Assembly (NCBI GenBank): GCA_030141605.1
Contig: JAQGDQ010000541.1
Span: forward strand, 1 to 64,000
DNA from: Tubiluchus corallicola
Taxonomy: Eukaryota > Animalia > Priapulida
Direction: 5' to 3'
Length of the DNA stretch: 64,000 nt
The notes under the pieces were generated by a model, which did not search any database, was not told the DNA's origin, and saw only the letters and a program-made list of their open reading frames with translations. This document shows positions 52,346-64,000 of the stretch, piece by piece. A program made the translations under genes and the position numbers. Numbering within the stretch: position 1 is the stretch's first letter; each line of letters opens with the position of its first letter.

Positions 52346-52572
52346 GGTGATCGGTAATGAAGTCATAGGAAAAACTCAATTTTGGCTAGGAAAAAAGTCA
52401 CAATACATTCTGGCCGTGGTTAGGGTTAGAGGTTAGGGTGAGGGCAAGCGCTGGGGTTAGGATTACGGTTGGCCTTAGGGTGAGAGTTACTTCTTTTTTG
52501 CCCTTTTCCCTTTGACTTAATTTTCTGTGATTTTTTTTACCTCTTTCCGTGCAACTTTATTACCAGCATTCA
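52346..52572. mobile_element. Short non-autonomous element with degenerate TIRs and internal TTAGGG-like repeats
   Basis: GGTAATGAAGTCATAGGAAA resembles the reverse complement of TTTCCGTGCAACTTTATTACC. The centre reads GGTTAGGGTTAGAGGTTAGGGTGAGGG...GGGGTTAGG...TTAGGGTGAG. Confidence 0.5.
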
Positions 52573-54774
52573 ATATAATATTGTATACGTTTTCGTTGCC
52601 ATGAGAAACTTGTAACCGTTCCTGTGACATGTAATAATATGAATCCAGTTAACAAAAGATACGCTCAGATATTATACAGCATTGTGATTTACGAAGTTCA
52701 TTCTTCGGATGTGTTTCTTCCTATGTGAACCCGGCTACATAAAAGGCACTGCACAAGATATGGGTTGAGAACCCGTATTCATTTAGCACCCTGACATTAT
52801 CTTTCCGGGTGAATTCAGACAATCGCCACGAGAAGTCAAAATATTTTATAACGATTTTCGCATTTCCTTGAGATTCTGATGAAACATTGAAAGAGTTGCG
52901 AGCAGCGGGACTTTTATAGTCTAATTAATTATTACTTGATCAGTACTTTCTAAGGTTCTGAGTAAACAAAAAGTAAATTTAAAATGTTATAAAAACATCT
53001 ATAGCGTGCTGAAACCTTACGTGTTGAATGAAAACTGCTTTACGCCATAAAATCATGTCGCAGCCTCCGGCAGTCGGTAAAAAAAGTCAGAAAAGATTAC
53101 CACCGGTCCCATTAGAAAATTAGTTTCAACAAGCTTTTTGGCGTGCCGTAGTTTTGAAAGTAAACACTTTAAAATAACGCAGCTAAAAGGTGCGAATGAT
53201 GAAAGACAAAGAGAAGAGATGAACGCTTGACCTTTTGTAGTAAATGCTCATACAAGCCTGCAAGCACCTGAATCTTATCTTTGATCTATGAAGACAGAAA
53301 CCCGCCTTAAAATTGGCGACCTTTAAACTTTTAGGGATGGTATATCTAAAGAAAATTAAACAGTCTGCATATCACTAGTGAACACATTTACTGAAATGTA
53401 TTATTAATGCATCATAACTGGATTGATACAAAATCGTTTCGCTCAGCCTTCTTATGACTGCGTATCTTTGACTTGTTTAGTTACTCTAGAGTCTAAAATG
53501 TATGCATACCGCATTGAACTACATGTGTATGTATTTATATGAACTGTATGTATGTTGCTTTTTACTTGTCTTCAGCGTGTTTTTATTTGTATAATAAAAT
53601 ATGTATAATATGTAATATTATTATACACATTATTATTTTATTTCTTTTGTATTATTTTAATTTGTTGTTTATCAATTTAGTTTTTTTTTGTTTTTTGGTG
53701 ATTGTAAATTTTGTATTTCGTCTGTTGATTGTTTTATTTATGAGGCTTCTCCGGAAAGAAGCGTTACGTTTGTACACACTCTTAAATGACTGTACTTATT
53801 AAATAAATTTATCATCTCTTGCTGTCCAGTTTACTTACGTTTATCCGGTTATTTATTGTCTGCTATCTTTTTGCTTCGTTCTAGAAAGTTTCGCGCTTTG
53901 TTTTGTAGTTTATTTATTTCGTTAAAACGTTATGCTCCATCTTGCTCGCGTTCCTATGGCTAGATATGCATGTCGCAAACCGATGTCAGAATGACTGGAA
54001 AAAAGTATTTGGTTAGTTTTGTGATTGGCTTGAATTACGTAAGCCGTTAAGCACAATAAGAAAATTTAGATATTATATCAGTTATTGTAAATTAGACAAT
54101 TTACTTCACTATGTAAGGCCTGTATAATAATTACGATAATGACTGTTCTCTACAATTTATGATGTATTACGGAATAAATTAAGATTTTTGTGCAAAATGC
54201 TAACAATGCAGTGGAACCCTCTGTACATAGTTACTCGTCAGTTTGTCAGATTTGTGTGTATTTTGGAAGCGCTTGCAGAAATTTAATTTGAGTGTCTATT
54301 AAATTCGCAACGGTCGACCATTGCTATTTTCAGTAAAGCTTCGCCCACTGTACACACACTGAAGCTATTTAAGTCACGTGATCAGACAACTAATTCGCAA
54401 GCATGTAATGTCATACTCCTAAGCCTCTTCCACTCTCTATAACCGAAGGTAAAGGGACGACCATTAATATTGAATTTGCAATCGAGCGGCACAGTAGCCG
54501 TTTAATGAACTTGCATTGATTCGCAACACGAATTGTCTTCACCTTAATACAAAAAAGGTTTATCATACCTGCACGCAGCTGTCCTTACGGGCTTAATTAG
54601 TGGATAAAGGAATAGTCGTAGAAAATTCATTCGCGGTTCAAATTAGACGCACGTTGGTTTTTATATAATAATTTCAATTAGAGTACTTGTTTTAAAGCAA
54701 AAATTCCAGTATAAACACGAGATACGCAAAAATTATTTAACATACAGATATAATTTTATGTAACCTATATGACA

Positions 54775-55265
54775 CAGATAAACGTAAAGATAAGGGTGAA
54801 GATAAGAATAAAGATAAAGGTAACGATAACGGTAAAGTTAAAGGTAAAGGCAAAAAGATAAAGATAAAGATAAAGATAGAGATAGAGATAGAGATAGAGA
54901 TAGAGATAGAGATAGAGATAGAGATAGAGATAGAGATAGAGATAGAGATAGAGATAGAGATAGAGATAGAGATAGAGATAGAGATAGAGATAGAGATAGA
55001 GATAGAGATAGAGATAGAGATAGAGATAGAGATAGAGATAGAGATAGAGATAGAGATAGAGATAGAGATAGAGATAGAGATAGAGATAGAGATAGAGATA
55101 GAGATAGAGATAGAGATAGAGATAGAGATAAAGATAAAGATAAAGATAAAGATAAAGATAAAGATAAAGATAAAGATAAAGATAAAGATAAAGATAAAGA
55201 CAAAGGAAAAGGTAAAGGTCTGGGTAAAGGTAATGGTAAAGACAAAGACAAAGTTATAGATAAAG
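54775..55265. repeat. (GATAGA)n hexanucleotide array flanked by (GATAAA)n and degenerate GGTAAA units
   Basis: Read directly. It produces the poly-SL artefact ORF. Confidence 0.97.
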
Positions 55266-56249
55266 GTCGGTCTAAAGATTAAGCAAAGGTGAAAATAGAG
55301 GTCTTTTATTGTCCTTTTTGGTCACTTGTTTGCAAAGTAGCTCTATAAAGAGGTTTGTTTCGCTGTGATGCCGTTATTGTTTTTGTTTTCGTTGCTGTAC
55401 AGGTGATAAGATTTTATCAGTGTTTAGTATTGTGATGTCACTATAGAATATCTCCGTATTCTAAATTATTGCGAAATTATTGAAAAAACGAATTTCATAA
55501 CAACTATAAATGACATATCTGGGAAGCTGGAGAGTAAAAACTAAGTAAGCGAGAAAGTCAACGCTTCGCATTCCGGACGATTTGGAAATTCATTGTCATC
55601 TGATGTTGTTTCATTTCCTTTTTTCAAGTTTTATATAATTTTCTCTTGTTTGAACACAGTTGCTTTGAAGCTTTTCTGTTCAAGAAATCTCACAGACAGC
55701 AAAAGATATTATCAAAAGACTCCTCTATGACATTCCTAAAGCATCCCAATTACGTTTATGGAAATGATTTTAGTTTGATTAACTTTGCATCAAAACCGTG
55801 CATGAGTGCTAATCAAACTTCAGTCCGCTTTTAACGCCAATATATAATTACTCGAAGAAACACATCAAATTCTATCAGGAAGATAATCAATCCAGCAGGC
55901 AAATTACACCCGCGTCTTGATCCCAGGGAGCCCTTTCGGTTTTCGATAAAAAGTGTCAATTGATTTATAAATTCACAAACCTCCAACGTCAAACAGCTTT
56001 CATGAGATTTTTAACGTATTTAAAAGTTTTTCAATTTGTAAAATGTTTTGTTAATTACTTTCTCATTTTTTGCGCCCACCCTGTATAGCTGCTGCTTGTT
56101 TTCAATCTGTGTAGTATGCTAACAATGAATGAATGGGTCTTTGCAGGGCGCTATTGATTTCTTATGCCCATAATATCGAACTTTGCTACATTCTCGAGAT
56201 TTTCTTTGGGTTATTTTCTTCCAGAAGCGGCTGTAATTTGAACGTGTTT

Positions 56250-56604
56250 GCGATACACGAAGCAGAAGTGGTGTGGCGCATGCACATGCTTCCGGTTTGT
56301 GCGGTGACCGCAGGTTTTGCGCCGCGGCAACGTGTGAACAGTGTGAAAATTCTGTGACAGATCTTTGTTTGAAATGTGCAAAACACGGAACAGTTTTAAC
56401 GTTTGAAGACTTTTGTTTGGCAATGAGGTCCCCCTGTGTGTTTTGAACGTTTTGAAACGCAGATCAGTCGCACCTTCCGTGTGCGTGCGTATACGCACAG
56501 GGCTCGTTTCGTTTTCGTGTGTTTTCCATTAAATTTTTGTACACTTTTCGCGTAGTGTTCTTGTGATTTGCGTTGATAAAAGTGATGATAATCATTACGT
56601 TTAG
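56250..56604 (+). promoter_or_regulatory. Probable promoter plus first (likely non-coding) exon
   Basis: CpG-rich stretch with an NRF1-like GCGCATGCA (~56276), an ETS-like CTTCCGG (~56289) and a candidate donor TTTAG|gtaacg at 56604/56605. Confidence 0.45.
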
Positions 56605-57015
56605 GTAACGATCGCAGAAAGGGTCAAGTGAAACTGTTTCCCAAACTCATGCTGTCTGCTTTTTCTTTTACCTGTGTAAATGCATGTATCTAAAGTAAAT
56701 GTATGAGAAAGGAAGAATTTATCATGAGTAGAGTAAATCATAGAACACAGTGATACAGTAACGAATAGAGTAATACATAAAATACAATACGTATGACTGT
56801 ATATAAGACACAATTATTATTTAATAGTTACATGAATGAAGTAAATTAATGTAAACTGACGGTACTGCATAAAATGTAGGAGAGGATGAGGTGTAGTATT
56901 CATAGCCTCCTTCCCCTCTCGGATTCAACATACAGGCATGGAATGTAAAACCTACTCGTTATAAATGATTTCATTAAATTTAGTTATAGAGCAGTATCGC
57001 AAATACAATTAAAAT

Positions 57016-57120
57016 GGGTATAGCTCAATGGCAGCGTGTTCGCTTCCCACCTGGGAGGTTGCAGGTTCAACACTCGATTGAATCATACCAAATATTTAAA
57101 AAATAGTTCTTCACCGCTGG
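57016..57120 (+). mobile_element. tRNA-derived SINE remnant
   Basis: A box TAGCTCAATGG, anticodon-like arm CTTCCCACCTGGGAG and B box GGTTCAACAC, followed by TCATACCAAATATTTAAAAAATAG. No proper acceptor stem. Confidence 0.65.
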
Positions 57121-58089
57121 TTTTTTTGACCAAACACGCGGGTTTATCGAAGTAATGCGCGGATAATAGTAATTGGCCCACCTTGGAAATAAGTATTGTG
57201 TTATCGCTGCATTAGGTCCAAAACCTAATGATTATTACTATAAAAAGATATAACTTAAAATATGTACAGTCTATAAGATATGTGACCGTGTATTGCACGC
57301 ATCATTTCTACATTCATTCTTTCTTTCATTCATCCACTTATTCACACACACGCGCGCGCGTACGCACGCACACACGCATCCTCTCACACTCTCACTCACC
57401 CTCTCACATACGCAATCAACCATTCATATGTAAATGAAAAAAAGAAAAAGAATCATCCGCTGGTGTTTTTAAGTATCATTTTATTGCACGTAAAGCAAAA
57501 GTTTTGAAAAAGTACCTAGAAGGTTGAAAAGTCGCTGCGTTTGAACAAACATTGCATAGTTAACTACAATATTTTTCCTAAGAAGTCTGAATATTACAAC
57601 AAGGATAACAAGTTTAATAACGTTGAAATTTTCTGTAAGCTGTCCATCAAAATTGCGTCAAAAAGCGACTTGAAAGGATTATTGAAATAATGTTGTCAAA
57701 AAGCCTACCTTACTGATTACATTATTTTATGTTTGAACAGTCGGATGAAAATCTAATGAAATCATTGCTTTAACAGTTAAACATTACATAATTCGCTGCA
57801 GGAATTGATTAAATATTGAATGTGATCTCTCATGCAAACATAACTGTGGGGGCTTGAGCGTGGGCTTGGTCTGCTAAAAGTCGCTCTGCATTTTCAAGGT
57901 TTATAACGTCTTAACATTGAAGAGCGTTGGTAAAGGAAACAAGGTGCATGCGGTGTTTGAGAAAATTGGGCTATCTTAGAGTTGGACAAGGGTATGGACA
58001 CTATTCTCTAATTTGGTAATCTGATTTACTCATCTTTACGCCATCAGGGCGAGGGAAAATATGGCTGAACAGTAACGTCTTAACGCCCT

Positions 58090-58145
58090 GGTGATACAAA
58101 GTTAAGCAACGCTGACTCTGGTTAGTGAGTGGATAGATGACAACA
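58090..58145 (+). pseudogene. Degenerate 5S rRNA / 5S-SINE fragment
   Basis: AAGTTAAGCAACGCTGACTCTGGTTAGTGAGTGGATAGATGAC aligns to box A, the intermediate element and box C of the copy at 47394-47436. Confidence 0.6.
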
Positions 58146-58921
58146 GGAAAAATGTTCTAAACTTAGACAACTTCTAAACGGTTTCGTCTGTCACAGTGAC
58201 TCTGATTATTTCTCTTGCCGAGGATACATACATCTGAACTTGGTAAAGAGCATCTCTTTCGGTTCAGTACCGCATATTAGACGGTTATCCCTGATAATTA
58301 GAGAGGTATTGGTTCTGCTGCAGCTGCATAATAAGTGATCCCTGCGCTTCAGTGCCTCTAGCGTTTCGTTCTGTGTATACAGACTGACTGACTGACTAAC
58401 TGTAATACATTTAATATTAAGATTATGATATGTATGTATGTTGCTCTGTTGTATGCGTTTTTTGTGCCTGAACCATTATACCACTTATACGTGGTTTCTT
58501 TGTTTCGATGTACAATGTTTTTAAGTCATTTTTTCTTTATCTCTTGTAATTTGCTTTGCTAAAAGGTTCAACAAATAAATACAATATACAAAAAAATCGT
58601 ATCGGCAGCTCCATGAAATGCTAAATCAGACTTTTTGGCATAGTCCAAGATTTCATTAAATAAACAAAGTTTATACGATGCCTTTCAGCCAAAGGCATTT
58701 ATAAACACTGATTTTAGCTGAAATATTGACCCTACAAGCATGACACGTCACTGATTTATGGCGTTTCTTTTACTGCCTTTTGCTTGCAATGCGCAGAATA
58801 ATTGGATTTTAAGTGACCATAATGGAAACCATTTCATTAACGACCTAAATATACAAGTAAAATCGCTGATTTGATGATAAGAGTTCGCTTGTATTTCGCG
58901 TTCAGGTAGACGGAATACTAA

Positions 58922-59986
58922 CTTGAAAGACTGATGTACAATGCTAGTCTGAAATACTAATGTACAATGCTAGTCTGTAAGACTGATGTGCAATGCTAGT
59001 CTGAAATACTAATGTACAATGCTAGTCTGAAACACTAATGTACAATGCTAGTCTGTAAGACGGATGTACAATGCTAGTCTGAACGACTGATGTACAATGC
59101 TAGTCTGAACGACTGATGTACAATGCTATTCTGAACGACTGATGTACAATGCTAGTCTGTAAGACGGATGTACAATGCTATTCTGAACGACTGATGTACA
59201 ATGCCAGTCTGAAAGACTGGTGTACAATGCTATTCTGAAAGACTGATGTACAATGCTAGTTTAAAAGACTGATGTACAATGTTAGTCTAAAAGACTGATG
59301 TACAATGCTAGTCTAAAAGACTGATGTACTATGCCAGTCTGAAAGACTGATGTACTATGCTATTCTGAAAGACTGATGTACAATGTTAGTCTAAAGACTG
59401 ATGTACAATTCTAGTTTGAAAGACTGATGTACAATGCTAGTTTGCAAGACTGATGTACAATGCTAGTTTACAAGACTGATGTACAATACTATTCTGAAAG
59501 ACTGATGTACAATGTTAGTCTAAAGACTGATGTACAATTCTAGTTTGAAAGACTGATGTACAATGCTAGTCTAAAAGACTGATGTACAATGCTAGTCTAA
59601 AAGACTGATGTACAAGGATTGTCTAAAAGACTGATGTACAATGCTAGTCTGACAGACTGATGTACAATGCTAGTCTGACAGACTGATGTACAATGCTAGT
59701 CTAAAAGACTGATGTACAATGATAGTCTAAAAGACTGATGTACAATGATAGTCTGATAAACTGATGTACAATGCTAGTCTAAAAGACTGATGTACAATGA
59801 TAGTCTAAAAGACTGATGTACAATGCTAGTCTGATAAACTGATGTACAATGCTAGTCTGAAAGACTGATGTACAATGCTAGTCTGACAGACTGATGTACA
59901 ATGCTAGTCTGACAGACTGATGTACAATGCTAGTCTGACAGACTGATGTACAATGCTAGTCTGAAAGACTGATGTACAATGCCAGT
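58922..59986. repeat. 26-bp minisatellite, ~41 copies
   Basis: Unit CTGAAAGACTGATGTACAATGCTAGT with point variants. Confidence 0.97.
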
Positions 59987-60015
59987 TTTTAATTTTATCT
60001 CATTTTTTGTTTCAG

Positions 60016-60131
60016 AACGGTACTGCATGGCAGCAGGACAGAGTGCAGGACGAATTCAACGTCCAAAAGGTTTTGACGCGTCTTTGTGGAAAACGATCAT
60101 CGTGCCTAACTTGGTCAAAATAAATGATCTG
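60016..60131 (+). CDS. Probable exon of an unidentified gene (RYCMAAGQSAGRIQRPKGFDASLWKTIIVPNLVKINDL); could contain the start ATG at 60027
   Basis: Strong acceptor ttttttgtttcag| and donor CTG|gtaagt. Only one of three frames is open, ending in phase 0. Confidence 0.65.
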
Positions 60132-62970
60132 GTAAGTAGATCCAAGCTTCGTCTGCCACGTGGCGCACTTTTTATGAGCAGTACTCACCTCTATCTAAAC
60201 AGAAAGAAATTTTGGGTGGTCACATTAATAGATTGTACACAATTTGAATAATCACAATTGGAAAGTTTAGTGGAGTTAAGACCCTACCATAGCTCTGAAC
60301 AATAATTTCACTCCACAATCCTTCAAAGCAGTTGCTCAATTTTTTTCCATATTTGGATAATAGGGAGCGTGCAGGTGATTTTGTGACCTATTACAGATTG
60401 GATTAAGAAATTGTGAGCCAAAATAAACAAAGCGTATATAAAGATTAAATTTCGTGCTACATGTAACTAAAAGCTGGTGGCACAATCATTATTATTAATT
60501 ATACATGTGGCTTTAGACTTCAGTTTGTTGACCACCAGTCAACAATACTGATCAACAATAACACGTTACAACCCGATGTGTGGAAACGCTCCCCCACCAA
60601 CAGCTTCAGTTTTTCTTTCTGGTCTGTTGTTTATCATTTTGCCTCCTTCACCGCAGATCGAAGCTGGAGTCACGTGATAAATATGTATATTAGATCAACA
60701 GCTGTCGATGTATCGCACTGAATTATTAACTTGGCGTACACGTTTTGTCTGTTACCAGAATCCAAAGCTGTTGTCGCTCGGCGATTGTGACAAAATTGTT
60801 AATGAAGCCACTACGCAGCTTACAGCCTACCAGCAATTACGCTAATTATGTTTGCAGTTTTTTGTGCTAGCTTTAATGGCTGTTTACGTGAAACTATTTG
60901 ACGAGCAACCGAATGTGAGAAATTGGTAAATTTTTAATTTTGCTAAGCGTAAAAGTAATGACTTAATTTCAGTGACCTAATTAATATCCGTAGTTATTTT
61001 CCTGCACGATGCAGATATCTGATTGTTTTGAAGCTCCGGTTTTTCGTTGGAAATTTTCAACTTTCAGGGCGATTTTTTATACGTCTCTTGTCAAAGTTTG
61101 GAACATCAAGCTAAGGCGAAATGACCAGCGCGTGCACTGTACAGCGTTACGCAGAGTAGTGAGCAGTAAAAACAAAGTAAAGGCTATATTGCAGAACCTT
61201 GAGAAATATTTTTCATAACTTGCAATTTATGTTTGTTGAATTGTGATAACAGGCAACGTATTGTCCAGCTATATGCTGTTTTAAGTTTTCTGGAGCAAGT
61301 TGTTGCGCCAGTCCTTATGAAAAGACTTGATATGTCAAACGCTACTAATGTTTCTTCCTAGATGATGTAAGAAACTTTTCTAGATGGGACCCAAAAATCA
61401 GAAACTGTAAATCTTGAACGTTGATGTCCATCGTCCTGGTCAGAAAATACGTATTTTAATGACGGCAAGCATTTCAACTTCGTGAGTGGGGAAGGAAAGA
61501 ACGGTCGGTCCGCTGGGCAAAGGAACGGGTAGACTTGCTGCTCTGAAATTTCTTGTCTCTTTGGCTGGAGGTTGAACACGCACCAATTCTCCATGTTTTG
61601 GCTTTAAAACCTCCAGAATCTTCTGCCATTTTTTCTAGCTTCGTGAAATGACACACTTGTGTCACACTCTTTCAATAGATTCCAGAATAGTTCAGAAAAA
61701 CCAATGTTAGGAATTTTAGAATTTGGTTTTTGTTAGTAATATTGTCTTTATTTGCTACTATTACTGTATGTGCCAAGTTCGCTGTTGTGAAAACATGTAG
61801 ATAGATTACCTGGTCTGAAATCATTTAACAAGTAGAGGGTTGTTCTTACTTGTGGTAAAAGTAGTGGTTTAAAGATAGGTAATTAAGGATTTCGTGGTGT
61901 ACACCTTAGGCTAAAGTTACTGTGCGAAAGTTTTACACCTGTTCCTAGGTATAACATCTGAGGCGTGCATTGAGGCACAAACAAACGAAAATTTATATAA
62001 TGGTGTGATGAATATTTCTACTTCGTAAAGGTAGATTATCCTCTCATTTAGAGAGTTTTGGCTTTTTATGTACCACAACACTTATTCAGCGTTACTTTAT
62101 TTGATGAAGATCATGATGATGTTGATGATAATGTCGATGATGATGTTGATAAGAACGCTGATGATGAATAGGGTCTATTAAACTTCCTAAAACTTATCAG
62201 ACAAGTATTGTCCAGCTCTAGCCATTGAAATCATGAGTATATCAATGCAGGAATCAATGCAGCAACATATATATATATATATATGTTCTAGGATATCAAC
62301 AATATGAATAAAAATGGACGAACTTATCGATCCTATAACTATAACACCTACGAACGATTGTCGGAATGTAAAGGCCTAATCGTACCTTGCACTAAACATG
62401 TGTACCAGAGATAAGAGCTGTTATAGGCGATCGCGTTTACAAACGGTGAAGTGGGTTCAAAGTACTATTCCGCACTAGCTGCTTGACATTTCAAAACCTT
62501 TTTAATAATAGTGCGGAAGGAGAATTCTATCCTAATGTCGAATGAATCTTCTTCGTTTGAGAACAGAATATCCGTGTGTGTGATTGGATCGTAGATTTAC
62601 TATAATTTTCTTTGTGGTGTTTATGTTTCTACGTAATAATTCTACGTGGGCTGCGTCTGTACATGCATTTTGTTTACTGTCAAAGGCATAATTTTCATCA
62701 TCATGTTTCAAATCTTGGCAAAACCTGGTGCACTGGATCGATAAAGCTGCCATTACACAAGTCTTAATGTTAACGTGTTTGTGCTTTTCTGAAAGCAAGG
62801 AGAAACGGGAATTGCTAATTAAATAATTATAGTAACTCAATTTATGCATTTTTAATTGTTTACACTTACACTTGCACTACCGTAACCGTATTGTTGAAGT
62901 TACTTTCGAAATTCCATTAGCAGACCTAAGATACCTAGGGTAATAAGTCGAAACACGTGTTGCAACAGAA

Positions 62971-63145
<175 letters not shown>

Positions 63146-64000
63146 ACTGTTATTGTTATTGAAACTGCTACTCTAACTACTACTTGTCATAGATGCTACT
63201 TTCTTGCTTACACTAATGTCGACGAGATGTCAGTGACAAAGACAATTATTATTAAAGCAGTAACAGTGAACACATGACATAGAGCACTGAGTGCACCTGT
63301 CACCACTTTTATAGATCCTCAAACAATTTGCTTGTGTCGCCACAGGAGAATTTTATTCGTTCGGTTTTGCGTCCTTCTTATGTTTTTCGTAGGCGCATAC
63401 GTATTACGCAAAAAGGTGACAGGTAGGCAGATAGAAAAGGCTGTGTCCCCTAAGGCCAAAACCACATTATCACTCAGTGCTTATAGACAATGAGACTTTC
63501 AAGGGACTAAGCTGATAGTGTCAGGCAGCGTTTGTCTGATGTGCGAAAATTTGACATTCAAATTTGCAACGAATTTCTTTAACCACATGTTGTGTTGTGC
63601 TATGTAATAAAGTGCTTTATTGTTGTTAATTTATTTTAACAAGGTTTTAATTATTACACTGGTTATTTCTAATGATTTCTTAGTGAGTATGATGTGTCTT
63701 GAAACTTAGTTAGTAAAGTGAATTTTATTTTATTGAAACTGTGAGTATTTTGTGTGAGAATCGCCGTTTAACTAAAATAATAAACAATAAAGTTTGCTTG
63801 TAGTACTTTGCTTGTTTCAAATTGTTCTAAACCAAAGGTCACAGTTAGCTACACCTACGCTCGTGGTGACCATTATATCAGTCCCTAAACATATATGGCT
63901 GGTTTGTCAGGCATTTGGTTTATTCAGACAAAACTCTTAAGATCTCTTACGTTTGAATCCTAATAAATCTCTTGTTGCATGCACTTCCTTCTTACACATG

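Noticed and set aside
52870-52925. Minimal hammerhead candidate CTGATGA-AACATT-GAAA
   Set aside because: Stems I and III could not be closed around a correctly placed UH cleavage site.
57016-57090. Genuine tRNA gene
   Set aside because: The acceptor and T stems do not pair, and it continues into a motif shared with another SINE copy.
58922-59986. CRISPR array or hammerhead ribozyme tandem (GAAA and CTGATG present)
   Set aside because: There are no unique spacers or cas genes and the context is eukaryotic. The core is CTGATGT rather than CTGANGA, and the hammerhead stems cannot be formed.

Overview
AT-rich eukaryotic (animal, probably invertebrate) genomic DNA with spliceosomal introns. There is no prokaryotic operon structure and no CRISPR array. 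Most long ORFs in the supplied track are artefacts of tandem repeats. Supported content: (1) a complete three-coding-exon LITAF/CDIP1-family gene (17329-21343, +, 133 aa); (2) four in-frame 3' exons of an unidentified membrane-protein gene (7575-11809, +) whose last intron holds two related minisatellites; (3) a probable gene start at about 56250-56604 with a next exon at 60016-60131; (4) a ~535-bp 5S-rRNA-headed SINE with an RTE-like body and tail (47346-47880); (5) tRNA-headed SINE remnants, five decayed LINE 3' fragments (L2/CR1, RTEX-like, RTE), Kolobok-like, hAT-Charlie and other MITEs; (6) a ~99% identical 379-bp inverted duplication enclosing a 47-bp array, several minisatellites (16, 26, 38, 41, 46, 47 and 51 bp) and many microsatellites. 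All family assignments are from motif recognition by eye; no database search was run.
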